The notes under the pieces are model-generated. The model had not been told where the DNA came from and did not search any database. It worked only from the letters and a program-made list of their open reading frames with translations. A stretch of DNA of 64,000 bases from contig JAEUKH010000006.1 of assembly GCA_016792845.1 (NCBI GenBank), positions 62,899-126,898 on the forward strand, written 5' to 3'. Positions 39,991 to 49,527 of the stretch are shown here, one piece after another. Source of the stretch: Myxococcales bacterium (GTDB lineage: Bacteria; Myxococcota_A; Polyangia; Polyangiales; Ga0077539). Every line of letters begins with the position of its first letter. Position 1 is the first letter of the stretch. A program made the position numbers and the translations under genes.

Positions 39991-40917
39991 TCATCGGGCG
40001 GCCTCGCGGATCGCGATGAGCCCCTCGTGCAGCGTGGTGACCCGAAAGCCGTCAAAGCGCCGCTTGAACTTGTCAGACACGAAGAGGTTGTCGTGCGCGT
40101 ACCGCGGCAAGAGCTCGGCGGCGTCGCGGAGCTGCCGGTTGAACAGTCCCGCCAGCGCGAGCTGCCAGCGCGGCAAGACCCGGTAGCGGCCCTTCACGCT
40201 GAACACCGTCGCGGCTAGCGCGACCAACGCGCGGTAGGTCAGACGCCCGTCGTCGCAGGGCAGGTGCCAGGTCTGCCCGTAGGCGTCGCGGGTGTTGCCC
40301 AAGAGCGCCATCGCGCGGCTCGCGTCGGGCGTAAAAATCAGGCTCCGCAAGGTGTCGTCGCGCAGAAAGACTCGCGCCGTCTGACCGCGCAGCAAGGGGT
40401 CGATGAGGGCGCTGTTGGTGATGCTCTGGGTCTTCGCGGGGCCGTAAAACTCGGGCGCTCGGCAGATCATCGCCTCGACCCGCCCCGCCGACATCGCGTC
40501 GAGGAGCGCAGTCGCGATGGCCGCGCGCACCCGCCCTTTGGGGCCGAAGGGCGCGAAGGCCGTGTCTTCAGTCTGCGGCGTCTCGGTCTGCGGGTACATG
40601 TACGTGTTGTCGAAGAACACGAGCCGCGCGCCGTGGGCCGCGCAGGCCTCGATGACGTTGCGCATGATGCGAGGCCATTGGGCCTCCCAGAGGGCGGTGT
40701 CCATCGGGAGGCCCGCGGTGAGGTAGGCCACCTCGGCGCCTTTGACGGCCGCGAGGGTCTGGGCCGCGTCGAGGAGGTCGGCGGGGTGAAGGCTGTCGCC
40801 CGGGTTGACCCGCTGCGGGCGTCGACTGACCAGCCGAAGGTCGGTCGTAAACTCCAGAGAGAGGCTCTCCGCGAGGCCGTGCCCGATCTGCCCGCTCGAC
40901 CCGAGGATCACTTGCAT
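39991..40917 (-). CDS. NAD(P)-binding SDR-family epimerase/reductase-like protein
   Basis: ATG at 40917. MQVILGSSGQIGHGLAESL is a Rossmann Gly motif. The remainder is consistent with atypical/extended SDR proteins. Confidence 0.75.
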   Translation of the reverse strand: MQVILGSSGQIGHGLAESLSLEFTTDLRLVSRRPQRVNPGDSLHPADLLDAAQTLAAVKGAEVAYLTAGLPMDTALWEAQWPRIMRNVIEACAAHGARLVFFDNTYMYPQTETPQTEDTAFAPFGPKGRVRAAIATALLDAMSAGRVEAMICRAPEFYGPAKTQSITNSALIDPLLRGQTARVFLRDDTLRSLIFTPDASRAMALLGNTRDAYGQTWHLPCDDGRLTYRALVALAATVFSVKGRYRVLPRWQLALAGLFNRQLRDAAELLPRYAHDNLFVSDKFKRRFDGFRVTTLHEGLIAIREAAR

Positions 40918-41044
40918 CGTAGGGCTCACTTCTAAGCCTCCCGATCGCAATGGCAACCTCCCCCACGGCGTCGCGCCGCGGCGATCGCGCCCCGACGGCG
41001 ACGCGCCCCGGTGTGGGGCGCCGCGTCGGGACTGCGGGTGCGGC

Positions 41045-41986
41045 TCAGTCGTCGAGGGTGCCGAATCGGTCGCTGTTGAAGTCGACGATGGCCTGGCGGA
41101 TCTCGGCCGCGGTGTTCATCACGAAGGGCCCATACTGCACGATCGGCTCGTCGATGGGCGCGCCGTTCAGCACCAGGAGTTGGGCCTCGGCGTCGGCCAC
41201 GAGGGTGATGGCGTCGCCCTCGTTCTTGAACACCACCAGGTCGTTGCCCTTCGCCGTGTGCGTGCCGTTGACGGTGACCGAGCCCGACATCACCAAGACC
41301 GCCGCGGTGTGGGCCGCCTCGAAGCGCAGCGGCAAGGCGCCGCCCGCGTTCAGCCGCACGTCGTAGACGTTGATGGGCGTGAAGGTCTCGGCCGGGCCTC
41401 GCACGCCCTCGTACGCGCCCGCCACCACCCGCACCGTGCCCGCGCCGTCGGCCAGGGTCACCAGGCCCATCTCGGCGGCCCGCAGCGCCTGGTATTTCGG
41501 CGCCGCCATCTTGTGGGCCCGCGGCAGGTTCACCCAGAGCTGGGCCATCTGGAAGGGGCCTCCGGCGCGGCTGAAGGCCTCGTCGTGGTACTCCTTGTGG
41601 AGGATGCCCGACGCGGCGGTCATCCACTGGACGTCGCCGGGGCCGATCACGCCGCCGCCGCCAGCGCTGTCATGGTGGGCGACGCTGCCTTGCCACGCCA
41701 GGGTCACGGTCTCAAACCCGCGGTGCGGGTGCACGCCGACGCCGCGCCGCCGCGTCGTGGCCGCGTAATGCCAGGTGGGGTGATAATCAAGCAGCAGGAA
41801 CGGGCTGAGCCGCCGCGCCGCCTCGGGAATCACCGAGAAGTACCCCGCCACCCGAAACCCATCGCCCACCCAGTGGGTGCCCGGCGGGGTGTACACCGCC
41901 TCGACCGCGCGCACCCTCTCGGTGAGGGGCGCGGTAGGCGCACGGGTCTCGGTCGCAGCGGCGGTCAGGGTCTCAACGTGGGTCAT
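41045..41986 (-). CDS. pirin-family protein
   Basis: The cupin metal site HPHRGFETVTLAWQGSVAHHDS and the second cupin half are present. ATG at 41986 (MTHVETL). Confidence 0.88.
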   Translation of the reverse strand: MTHVETLTAAATETRAPTAPLTERVRAVEAVYTPPGTHWVGDGFRVAGYFSVIPEAARRLSPFLLLDYHPTWHYAATTRRRGVGVHPHRGFETVTLAWQGSVAHHDSAGGGGVIGPGDVQWMTAASGILHKEYHDEAFSRAGGPFQMAQLWVNLPRAHKMAAPKYQALRAAEMGLVTLADGAGTVRVVAGAYEGVRGPAETFTPINVYDVRLNAGGALPLRFEAAHTAAVLVMSGSVTVNGTHTAKGNDLVVFKNEGDAITLVADAEAQLLVLNGAPIDEPIVQYGPFVMNTAAEIRQAIVDFNSDRFGTLDD

Positions 41987-42127
41987 GGCCGCATCGGCCT
42001 CCTCTCTCTGGGCCCGGGCGAGCGCCCCGCTCTGAGGCTCCTCGTCGGGCGAGAGCGAGTGTGCGCATCGCCGAGCGGCTGAACAATCTCTCAAAACAAG
42101 AAGCGCTGTTCTCAGAATTGAGACAAT

Positions 42128-43039
42128 CTACGGCTGCGGCCCCATCCGCGCGCTCAGGCGCTCGGTGAGGAGCTTCATCAGCGCGACGACCTTGGGCGCG
42201 ACGTGGCGGGTGCTCGGGTAGAGGGCCATCACGGGCACGTCGGGGGCCGACCAGGCCCCGAGCACGCGAACGAGGCGGCCCGCGGCGAGGTCGTCGAGGC
42301 ACTGGTACTCGGGCAAGAGCGCGAAGCCGAAGCCCTCGCGCACCACCGCGCGGAGGAGCTCGTAGTCGTTCACCACGAAGCGGGGCCGCACCGTGAGGGC
42401 CCGGCGGCGGGCGCCCGCGGCCAGCGACCAGGTGTCTCCCTCGGGCGCGAAGGCCACGCAGGGGCGGTCTTCGAGGGCCTCGGGTGACTTCGGCGCGCCG
42501 AGCCGTCGCACGAGGGCGGGGGCGGCGTAGAGGCCCCGTCGCACCACGCCGACCTTGCGGGCCACGAGGCTCGAATCAGGCACCGCCCCGGCCCGCAGCC
42601 CGAGGTCGAAGCCCTCGGCGATGAGGTCGACACGGCGGTCGGTGACGACGAGGTCGAGGTCGACCTCAGGGTAGAGCGAGAGGTAGGTCGCCACCAAAGG
42701 CCCGAGCACCGCGAAGCTCGGCGGGATGGTCACCCGCAAGCGGCCCTTGGGCGTGCCCTGCATGCTCGTGAGCGCCCGCTGCGCCTCTTCGAGGGCCCCC
42801 ACCACCCGCACGCAGTGCTCGTAGTACACCCGCCCGAGGTCGGTGAGGCTCACCGCGCGGGTGCTCCGCTGCAAGAGCCGCGCGCCCACCCTCGCTTCGA
42901 GCTCGGCGATCTTGCGGCTCACCGTCGACTTGGGCATCGCGAGCTGCCCGGCCGCGGCGGTGAAGCTCCCGGCCTGCACCACGCGGGTGAACGCGACGAT
43001 CTCGCCGAGGTCGGCGTCGAGGCCCGCGGCGTCGTTCAT
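42128..43039 (-). CDS. LysR-family transcriptional regulator
   Basis: The N-terminal HTH is FTAAAGQLAMPKSTVSRKIAELEARVGARLLQRSTR, and the C-terminal half is a LysR substrate-binding fold. It is adjacent to the pirin gene on the same strand. Confidence 0.88.
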   Translation of the reverse strand: MNDAAGLDADLGEIVAFTRVVQAGSFTAAAGQLAMPKSTVSRKIAELEARVGARLLQRSTRAVSLTDLGRVYYEHCVRVVGALEEAQRALTSMQGTPKGRLRVTIPPSFAVLGPLVATYLSLYPEVDLDLVVTDRRVDLIAEGFDLGLRAGAVPDSSLVARKVGVVRRGLYAAPALVRRLGAPKSPEALEDRPCVAFAPEGDTWSLAAGARRRALTVRPRFVVNDYELLRAVVREGFGFALLPEYQCLDDLAAGRLVRVLGAWSAPDVPVMALYPSTRHVAPKVVALMKLLTERLSARMGPQP

Positions 43040-43087
43040 GCTGCACAATCTGACACAGTCGACGCGATTGTTCGAGCGCGCTGCGGC

Positions 43088-43765
43088 TCAGCGGGCCCGC
43101 CACGCGGCGTCGGCCTCGGGCAGCCGCGCGAGCACCTCGGCCACGTCGGCGCTCTGCGTGAGGAGGGCCACCACCTCGGGCCACGGCGCCGCGTAGATAC
43201 CCGGGAGCTCAGCCTCTTCGGGGTCTCGGAGCCGAAAGGCGAGGCGCTCGTCGGGCGGGCTGAACTGCGCGTCGACGCCGGGCTTGTTGCCGCGGGCGTC
43301 GCAGCGGTACCAGCCGAATCCCTTGAGGTAGACCGCGTTCAGCCCGTGGAGGCAGTACGGGGCCCCCGCGTCGCCCACCGAGAGGCGCTGGTAGCACAGG
43401 CCCGCGGCGATGCCGTTGGCGCGTAGGAGCGCCGCCAGGAGGTGGCTCTTGGCGTAGCAGTACCCGGTGCGATGGGCGAGGGCCTCAGAGGCCGCGCAGG
43501 TGACGGGGTTGGCGCGGTGATCCCAACTGTGACGGACGGCGTCGCGCACGAAGGCGAAGCAGCGCGCGGCCACCTCGACCTCGGCGGCGCAGCCCTCGGC
43601 GAGGGCCAAGGCCTGGCCGATCACCGCGGGGTGTTCGCTGTCGACCCAGTGGTTCGGACGCAGAAAGGGCGCGAGGGTCTCGGCCGAGACCGCGCCGCGG
43701 TGGGGCCCATGGGCGAAGTCGATCTCGAAGTGCGCGGAGTCTGTCAAGGGTCGCTCGTGCCCCAC
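43088..43765 (-). CDS. transglutaminase-like cysteine protease superfamily protein
   Basis: Cys/His/Asp core candidates are RTGYCYAKSHLLAALLRANGI, CLHGLNAVYL and WYRCDARGN. Confidence 0.8.
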   Translation of the reverse strand: MGHERPLTDSAHFEIDFAHGPHRGAVSAETLAPFLRPNHWVDSEHPAVIGQALALAEGCAAEVEVAARCFAFVRDAVRHSWDHRANPVTCAASEALAHRTGYCYAKSHLLAALLRANGIAAGLCYQRLSVGDAGAPYCLHGLNAVYLKGFGWYRCDARGNKPGVDAQFSPPDERLAFRLRDPEEAELPGIYAAPWPEVVALLTQSADVAEVLARLPEADAAWRAR

Positions 43766-43910
43766 GGCGGCCCCTGGGCCCTCGCCGTGAGGGGCGCCGT
43801 CGGCGGCCCGAGGCGCCGCCAGCTATCGCAGAATTCATCTTCTATTCAAGGGTTTTGAGCGAATGCGATTTTCTGTGACAGATCGCTCCGGGCGCGGCCA
43901 CTCCACCGCC

Positions 43911-45494
43911 ATGCACCTCAAGCCTCATGCGCTCACTCTCTCCCTTCTGGCGGTCGCGTGCGGCGCCCCCTTGCCCTCGACCGAGACCGACGCCGCGGCC
44001 CAGAGCGCCGACGCCGCGCAGTCTGACGCCGGCGCGCTCGGGTCATCCGACGCGATCGTGCGGTGTCGGCCCAACGATCAGCCTCCCATCGGGCGCGACG
44101 CGGCGGTCGATGGCGGCGCGGTCGATGGCGGCGCGGTCGATGGCGGCGCGGCTGCGGGCGACGCGACGATCGCGTGCGGCGCGAACTTCACCTGCCCCGA
44201 GGGCTACCGCTGCGTGGGCCTCGCAACGACGCAGTGTGTGCGCACGGCGCCCCTGGGCGGGGCCTGCTCGGACAGCCCCGAGGCGCGGGTGTATTGCGAC
44301 CGATCGGCCTCGTGCGAGTCGGTCAACGGCGCGATGCGCTGCGTCGCCTACGGCGCAAACAACGGTGTCTGCCGCAACACCCAGGGGTGCTCGCCGCGCT
44401 GCGACCCGGGGCTCGGATGCGACGCCACCACGCACTGCCGCCCGGGCCTCTCGGCGGGCGCGTTCTGCGGCGCGCAAGGCGATTTCTGCAACGAGGGCGC
44501 GAGCTGCGAGACCGTCGACGGCACCGCGCGCTGCATCGCCGAGGGCGCCCGCGACGGGCAGTGCACGGCCACCGCGACCTGCGCCGAGGGGCTCGAATGC
44601 ACGGGCGTCAACAGCGGCGCGGCGACGGGCTGCAACCGCGAATACTACCACTGCACGCCGCGCGGCGTGACGCCGGTCGACACCCGCGGGCGCATCGGCG
44701 GGCGCTGCCGCGACGAGGGCCCGCGCTGCGACGAGGGCCTGCGCTGCGACGAGGGCACGCTGGTCTGTGTGCGCCCCCTCGCGCTCGGCGATCGGTGCAA
44801 CGCCGCCGACCGCAGGGCGCCGTGTCCGCTCGGGAGCGGTTGCACCGCCGAGCACCCCGCCGACGAGGGCCGCTGCGTCGCGCCCTACAGCGAAGCGGGC
44901 GCCGACTGCGAGTGGGGGAGCCGGTGCCCCGGGGCGCAACAGTGCACGCTCTTTTCGCGCTACCGCACGACCTGTCAGGCGACCGTCGGCGAGGGGGCGC
45001 GGTGTGACCTCGGGGGCATCGCGTATCAGTGCGAAGCGTCGACGCGCTGCGCGCCCGAGTCGGTGGGCGACGGGGGCGTCGCGAGCGCGCGCTGCCTCGG
45101 CATCAACACGACGATCATTCCCCACGCGAGCCGACAGCTTCTCACCCGCACGACGGTGGTGGCGTCGACCTTTTCGACCCTCGACGGCGTGGCGTGTTAC
45201 TTCGCGCAAGCGCCCGAGGGGGGCGCGCTCTGGCTTGAGAGCAACATCCAGCTGAACGTGACCCTCTCGACCTGGGCGGGGCGCGAACTCGGGCGCTGGG
45301 TGGCGCGCTTCGCGCCCAATCACGGGCCCCTCGGGCAGCGCGCGCGGCTCGAACCGCACAGCATCGCCGCGCTAAGAGACCTGCGCGATCTCGGGGTCTT
45401 GCGGATCTGCGTGAGCCGCTTCCGCGACTACGACGCGAGCGCCCGCCCGGTGCCCTTCGAGCTCGCCATCGGGGTGCTCAACCGGAGCTGGTAA
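43911..45494 (+). CDS. Cys-rich repeat lipoprotein
   Basis: Lipobox LSLLAVACG (ATG 43911). Cys-rich modules repeat, for example CDRSASCESVNGAMRCVAYGANNGVC and CNEGASCETVDGTARCIAEGARDGQC. It also has a tandem AVDGG x3 and a Cys-poor C-terminal ~130 aa. Confidence 0.7.
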   Translation: MHLKPHALTLSLLAVACGAPLPSTETDAAAQSADAAQSDAGALGSSDAIVRCRPNDQPPIGRDAAVDGGAVDGGAVDGGAAAGDATIACGANFTCPEGYRCVGLATTQCVRTAPLGGACSDSPEARVYCDRSASCESVNGAMRCVAYGANNGVCRNTQGCSPRCDPGLGCDATTHCRPGLSAGAFCGAQGDFCNEGASCETVDGTARCIAEGARDGQCTATATCAEGLECTGVNSGAATGCNREYYHCTPRGVTPVDTRGRIGGRCRDEGPRCDEGLRCDEGTLVCVRPLALGDRCNAADRRAPCPLGSGCTAEHPADEGRCVAPYSEAGADCEWGSRCPGAQQCTLFSRYRTTCQATVGEGARCDLGGIAYQCEASTRCAPESVGDGGVASARCLGINTTIIPHASRQLLTRTTVVASTFSTLDGVACYFAQAPEGGALWLESNIQLNVTLSTWAGRELGRWVARFAPNHGPLGQRARLEPHSIAALRDLRDLGVLRICVSRFRDYDASARPVPFELAIGVLNRSW

Positions 45495-45505
45495 CCGCCG
45501 GGGCC

Positions 45506-46879
45506 TCAGCCCGCGAGGGCCTCGCCGAGGAGGGTGCGCGCCAGGGCCAGCAAGCGCCCGTCTTCGCCCGGTCGCGCCACGAGCTGAACAGCACCCGGAA
45601 GGACGCCGACGCGGCCGAAGGGCACCGCGAGGGCGGGGTATCCGCTGAGGTTGGCCGCGGCGGTGAAGGCGCCGAGCGGCGCGATGGCGTGGAAGAGCGC
45701 CTCGGGTTCGAGGGCGGCGAAGCTCCCCACCGCGGGGGCGAGGCACGCCGTGGCCGGGGTCAAGAGCACATCAACGCCGTCGAGGCTCGCCCGGGCGCGG
45801 GCCGCGAGAGACTCAAACTGCTCGGCGATCTTGCGCGCGTCGAGGGCCTTGCCGCGCTGCCTGAACCACCGCGAGACGGGCTGCAATCGCCCCGGGAGGA
45901 GCACCGGCAGCCGCGCGAAGAACGCTTGATACAACGGGATAAACTCTTCGAGGGAGCCGTCGAGCCGCTCGCGGTACGTGACGCTGTGCCCGGCCGCGCG
46001 GAGCGCCTCGGCGGCCTCGCGCACACACCGCACGAGGCCCGGGTCGGTGGCCCCAAAGGGAGGCTCGGTGTAGACCCCCACGTTCAGGGCTTTGGTGGGG
46101 CGCTTCGAGGCGGCGAGGTAGCCTCCGGGGGCGGCCCGGCGCGGGTCGGCCATCACGTCGAGGAGCCCCGCCACGTCGTCGACGCTGCGCCCGAGGGGCC
46201 CGCAGGTGCTCATGCGGTGCACGTCGAGGCGGTCGTTGCCGTCGGGCACGAGCCAGCGCGAGGGCTTGAGGCCGAGCATCCCGTTCAGCGCCGCGGGGAT
46301 GCGGATCGACCCCGCGCCGTCGCTGCCTGGCGCGATGGGCACGAGCCCAGCGGCGAGGGCGGCCCCGGCGCCGCCGCTCGATCCGCCCGCGAGGCGGGTG
46401 AGATCCCAGGGGTTTCGCGTGGGCGGGTGGAGGTCGGTCTCGACGATGGGCAAGAGCCCGAGCTCCGAGGTCGAGGTCTTGCCGAGGAGCACGAAGCCGC
46501 CGCGTCGGAGCGAGCGCACCACCATGTCGTCGAAGGGCGCCCAGGACATCCATGAGAACGCGCGAGACCCGAGGCGCATGGGGGCGCCGCGCATCCAGTG
46601 GAGGTCTTTGACCGCCGTCGGCACGCCGTGAAAGGGCCCCACGCGGTGCCCCTTGGCGCGGAGCGCGTCCATCGCGTCGGCGCTGCGCCGCGCGCCCTCG
46701 GCGTCGACGTGGACGAGGGCCTGCACGGCGGGGTTGTGGGCCTCGATCCGCGCGAGGGCGAGCTCGACCAGCTCTCTTGAGCGCACCGCGCCGTCGGCGA
46801 TTTGTGCGGCCAGTTCGGTCGCGTCGAGCGAGAGGAGCGGGTGGGCGTCGGCGTCGAGGGCGATGGGCAGTACGCGCAT
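45506..46879 (-). CDS. amidase (amidase-signature family)
   Basis: The AS signature is GGSSGGAGAALAAGLVPIAPGSDGAGSIRIPAALNG, with the upstream Lys in TAVKD. The start was taken at the internal Met (MRVLPIALD), codon 37 of the track ORF, and its coordinate may be off by 1 nt. Confidence 0.88.
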   Translation of the reverse strand: MRVLPIALDADAHPLLSLDATELAAQIADGAVRSRELVELALARIEAHNPAVQALVHVDAEGARRSADAMDALRAKGHRVGPFHGVPTAVKDLHWMRGAPMRLGSRAFSWMSWAPFDDMVVRSLRRGGFVLLGKTSTSELGLLPIVETDLHPPTRNPWDLTRLAGGSSGGAGAALAAGLVPIAPGSDGAGSIRIPAALNGMLGLKPSRWLVPDGNDRLDVHRMSTCGPLGRSVDDVAGLLDVMADPRRAAPGGYLAASKRPTKALNVGVYTEPPFGATDPGLVRCVREAAEALRAAGHSVTYRERLDGSLEEFIPLYQAFFARLPVLLPGRLQPVSRWFRQRGKALDARKIAEQFESLAARARASLDGVDVLLTPATACLAPAVGSFAALEPEALFHAIAPLGAFTAAANLSGYPALAVPFGRVGVLPGAVQLVARPGEDGRLLALARTLLGEALAG

Positions 46880-47008
46880 GGGGCGGGCACTGCACGCCCT
46901 CTCACCGGGTGAAGCAAGCCGAATTGTTTCGGTCGGCAGTGTCGCCGTGTCGGCGCGGCGGCGGGCTCCGACGGTCGAAGCCCGCACCGCCCTCGCGCGC
47001 TCAAGCGA

Positions 47009-47173
47009 TCACGACTTGGGCGGGTTGTTGCCCCTCCCGCCCCCAGAAGGGTTGCCCGTCGTGCTCGGCCAGTTGCCGCCGTTGTTGCCGCCGCCCTTGC
47101 CGCCGTTGTTGCCGCCGCCCTTGCCGCCGTTGTTGCCGCCGCCCTTACCGCCGTTGTTGCCCGAAGCTGCCAT
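47009..47173 (-). CDS. small Gly/Asn/Lys tandem-repeat peptide (hypothetical)
   Basis: Product is MAASGNNGGKGGGNNGGKGGGNNGGKGGGNNGGNWPSTTGNPSGGGRGNNPPKS. The codons are the GC3-preferred GGC/AAC/AAG, whereas the opposite-strand reading (LPPLLPPP) relies on rare TTG codons. No homologue is known to me. Confidence 0.4.
   Translation of the reverse strand: MAASGNNGGKGGGNNGGKGGGNNGGKGGGNNGGNWPSTTGNPSGGGRGNNPPKS
47075..47162. repeat. 24-bp tandem repeat, about 3.6 copies
   Basis: GCCGCCGTTGTTGCCGCCGCCCTT occurs at 47075, 47099 and 47123, and a partial fourth unit has one substitution. Confidence 0.9.
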
Positions 47174-47306
47174 GGTGTGTCTCTCGCGCTGCATGTGTGA
47201 AGACGCATCGCCGCGCCAGGCCGTCGCATGACGGCTTCAACGCTTGAGACGGCGAAGGGCACCAATTCTGACCGCCGGTGGCGCGACCATCGACGCGCGT
47301 TCGGTC

Positions 47307-48317
47307 TCAGGTGTCGCCGCCAGGTCGCCAGGGCGTGACGCGATGAAACGCGGGCCCTGGGGCCTCGTGGCCTCCGGCGACCACGGTGCCATGGCCGTCT
47401 GACCAGTAGCGGTCGAAGCCCGCTGGCGCGCCTCGGAGTACACCGCCGCCCTGCGGGTCGACCAGATCGACCTCGTCGCGAATCTGAAGCACCCGATCGC
47501 GTTGGGCGTCGTCGCTGCGGGCGCTCTCGGCGGCCCAGGCGGCGCGGCTGGCATCATGCATGGCTTGCATGTTCTGGTGCGAGGCCGATGCACGGGCTGC
47601 ATGGGCGGCGATGGCGTCGCGCCCCATCTGGGCATAGACGTTGGCGATGCGGCCTTGGGTCTCGATGTTCTCGCGCTGCATGGCGTGCTGAATCTGTTGG
47701 GTCTGCTGCACCATGGCCTGCCAGCGCGGGTTGGGCGTCGCGCCGCGCTCGATGGCCACGAGGCTCGCGCGAATGTGCGCCCACGCCGCCGAGCGCCCCC
47801 GACGACCCGTGACAAAGGGCGACCACTGGGTGCCCATCACGCCGGTCACGGCGACGACAAAGACGTCGACCTCGAAGCACCACCCGAGGGCGTCGTCGAG
47901 GGCCACCACGCCGCCCGCGAGGCACCCCATCGCGAGCATCTGGTCGAAGCGGCCCTGGGCTGCGGCGTCGGGGCGCTCGGCCCTCAACAGCGCCGCGTCG
48001 CGGGTCGAGACCACCCGGAGGTTGGCCGAGAAGCGCGCGCCCCACCCCCGCGCGTAGTGCTCGGCGAAGGCCATCGGATGCGCGACCGGCGCGAGCACCA
48101 CCCCCGGCATCGGAAACATCATCGGCCCCGACGGCGCAAAGAAGCTCGGCACAAGGGTCGGGTCGCCGCTCCGTAGCTCCGCGCCGCCGCCCTCGCTCTC
48201 GACGCGGTACCACGGCCGCGGCTCGTGGGCGCCGCGCAACACGCCCCCCTCGGCGCGGTACCCGTCGGGCAACCAGAGCTGAAAGGCGCCTTCGCTGGGC
48301 TCTACAAATCGCTGCAT
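47307..48317 (-). CDS. hypothetical protein
   Basis: ATG at 48317 is preceded by GAGAGG (MQRFVEPSEGAFQLWLPDGYRAEGG...). The product is 336 aa with a central Gln/Ala-rich helical segment. The upstream part of the 460-aa track ORF overlaps the LysR gene's 3' end and was discarded. Confidence 0.65.
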   Translation of the reverse strand: MQRFVEPSEGAFQLWLPDGYRAEGGVLRGAHEPRPWYRVESEGGGAELRSGDPTLVPSFFAPSGPMMFPMPGVVLAPVAHPMAFAEHYARGWGARFSANLRVVSTRDAALLRAERPDAAAQGRFDQMLAMGCLAGGVVALDDALGWCFEVDVFVVAVTGVMGTQWSPFVTGRRGRSAAWAHIRASLVAIERGATPNPRWQAMVQQTQQIQHAMQRENIETQGRIANVYAQMGRDAIAAHAARASASHQNMQAMHDASRAAWAAESARSDDAQRDRVLQIRDEVDLVDPQGGGVLRGAPAGFDRYWSDGHGTVVAGGHEAPGPAFHRVTPWRPGGDT

Positions 48318-48442
48318 CGTGACCTCTCGGGGATGCTTAAGCGCGCCTACGCAAGACGCAAGGCGTCGGTCGCCCGAACGGCATCTTCGGGGGCGACGCG
48401 GCTGCGAGGCGGTGAGGTCGGGCGCGAGGGCCGGGGCGCGGG

Positions 48443-49345
48443 TTACGCGGTCGCGGGGTCGAGCAGCGCGGCGTCGCGGGTCATCGCGGTCGCGAGGAAG
48501 TCGAGCACCGTGCGCACCAGGGCCATGTCGCGCATGTCTTTGTGCACCGTGAGCCAGACCGGTTCGGCGGGCGCGTCGGGCGCGGCGAGGCGCTCTAGGC
48601 TCGGGTCGGCGTCGCCGAGGTAGCGCGGCAGCACCGCCACCCCCGCGCTCGCCTTGCACGCCGCGAGGAGCGCCAGCGACACGTCGCACACGAGCACCGG
48701 CCGCGCGTCGGGGCAGAGCTTCGCGAGCCAGCGCGCGTCGAGCGCCGAGGGCCTCTTGCTCCGGGTGAAGGCTTCGCTCGAAAGCAAAGGGTGATCGCGC
48801 AGCTCGGAGACGCCGCGGAGGGGGCGCCGCGAGAGGTACTCTCGGCTCGCATAGAGCCCGTAACGGACCGCGCCCATGCGGCGCACCGCGAGGTCCTCTT
48901 GCGGCGTACGGAACATCCGTACGGCGACCTCGGCCTCGCGGCGACCGAGGTCGAGCACCGCGCCGGTGACGTTGAGCGAGACCCCGAGCCGCGGGTGCTC
49001 ATGGTGGAGCTGCGCCAGACGCGGCGCGAGGTAGGCGCTGCCGAAGGTCTCGGGCGCCGTCACGCGCACGACGCCGTCGAGGGTGCTTTTGCGGGCGTGG
49101 GCCGCGCGCTCCAGGGCGATCACCGCGTCTTCGACGGCCCGCATCTCGCCGAGGAGCCGCTCGGCGTCGGCGGTGGCGACGTAGCCGCTCCGGGTGCGCG
49201 CGAAGAGCTTAAGGCCCAGGGCTTGTTCGGCCGCTTCGACGCGACGCCCGACGGTGGTGTGGTCGACCGCGAGGGCCCGCGCGGCGCGGGTCAGCGAGCC
49301 CGATTGGGCGACCGCGAGGATGTACCGAAGATCGTCCCAGTTCAT
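48443..49345 (-). CDS. LysR-family transcriptional regulator
   Basis: ATG at 49345. MNWDDLRYILAVAQSGSLTRAARALAVDHTTVGRRVEAAEQALGLKLFART is the HTH. The upstream 252 codons of the track ORF were discarded. Confidence 0.88.
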   Translation of the reverse strand: MNWDDLRYILAVAQSGSLTRAARALAVDHTTVGRRVEAAEQALGLKLFARTRSGYVATADAERLLGEMRAVEDAVIALERAAHARKSTLDGVVRVTAPETFGSAYLAPRLAQLHHEHPRLGVSLNVTGAVLDLGRREAEVAVRMFRTPQEDLAVRRMGAVRYGLYASREYLSRRPLRGVSELRDHPLLSSEAFTRSKRPSALDARWLAKLCPDARPVLVCDVSLALLAACKASAGVAVLPRYLGDADPSLERLAAPDAPAEPVWLTVHKDMRDMALVRTVLDFLATAMTRDAALLDPATA

Positions 49346-49527
49346 GCGGTGTTGCGGGGGGCGGGCGGCGGTCTGCGAGGCCGTCGCGGGCCTGTGGATT
49401 CTTGCACAACGGTCGTGCGCCGTCGTGCGTTTACACCCATCGTGCTGCGCGCTAGGGTCTCTCTCGAACGACGCCGTGGGGTACGGCGCGACGGGGCGGC
49501 GGTCCCGTGGTAGGTGAGGTGTTCTGT

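Noticed and set aside
44043-45359. 438-aa minus-strand ORF and other overlapping frames across 43.9-45.4 kb
   Set aside because: Antisense or alternate frames of the Cys-rich lipoprotein gene. Only the plus-strand frame starting at 43911 gives a lipobox and regular Cys modules.
46900-46987. Apparent 1-nt frame inconsistency near 46921 when hand-translating the 5' extension of the amidase ORF
   Set aside because: The supplied ORF track is continuous here, and the stretch lies upstream of the start I chose. I treat this as my own reading error and not as a frameshift. It only affects the exact coordinate of the chosen start.
46653-47231. Plus-strand ORF with an LPPLLPPP repeat
   Set aside because: It is the alternative reading of the 24-bp repeat. 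It relies on rare TTG codons, and its 5' part is antisense to the amidase gene. The minus-strand Gly/Asn/Lys reading uses preferred codons, though that reading is itself only tentative.
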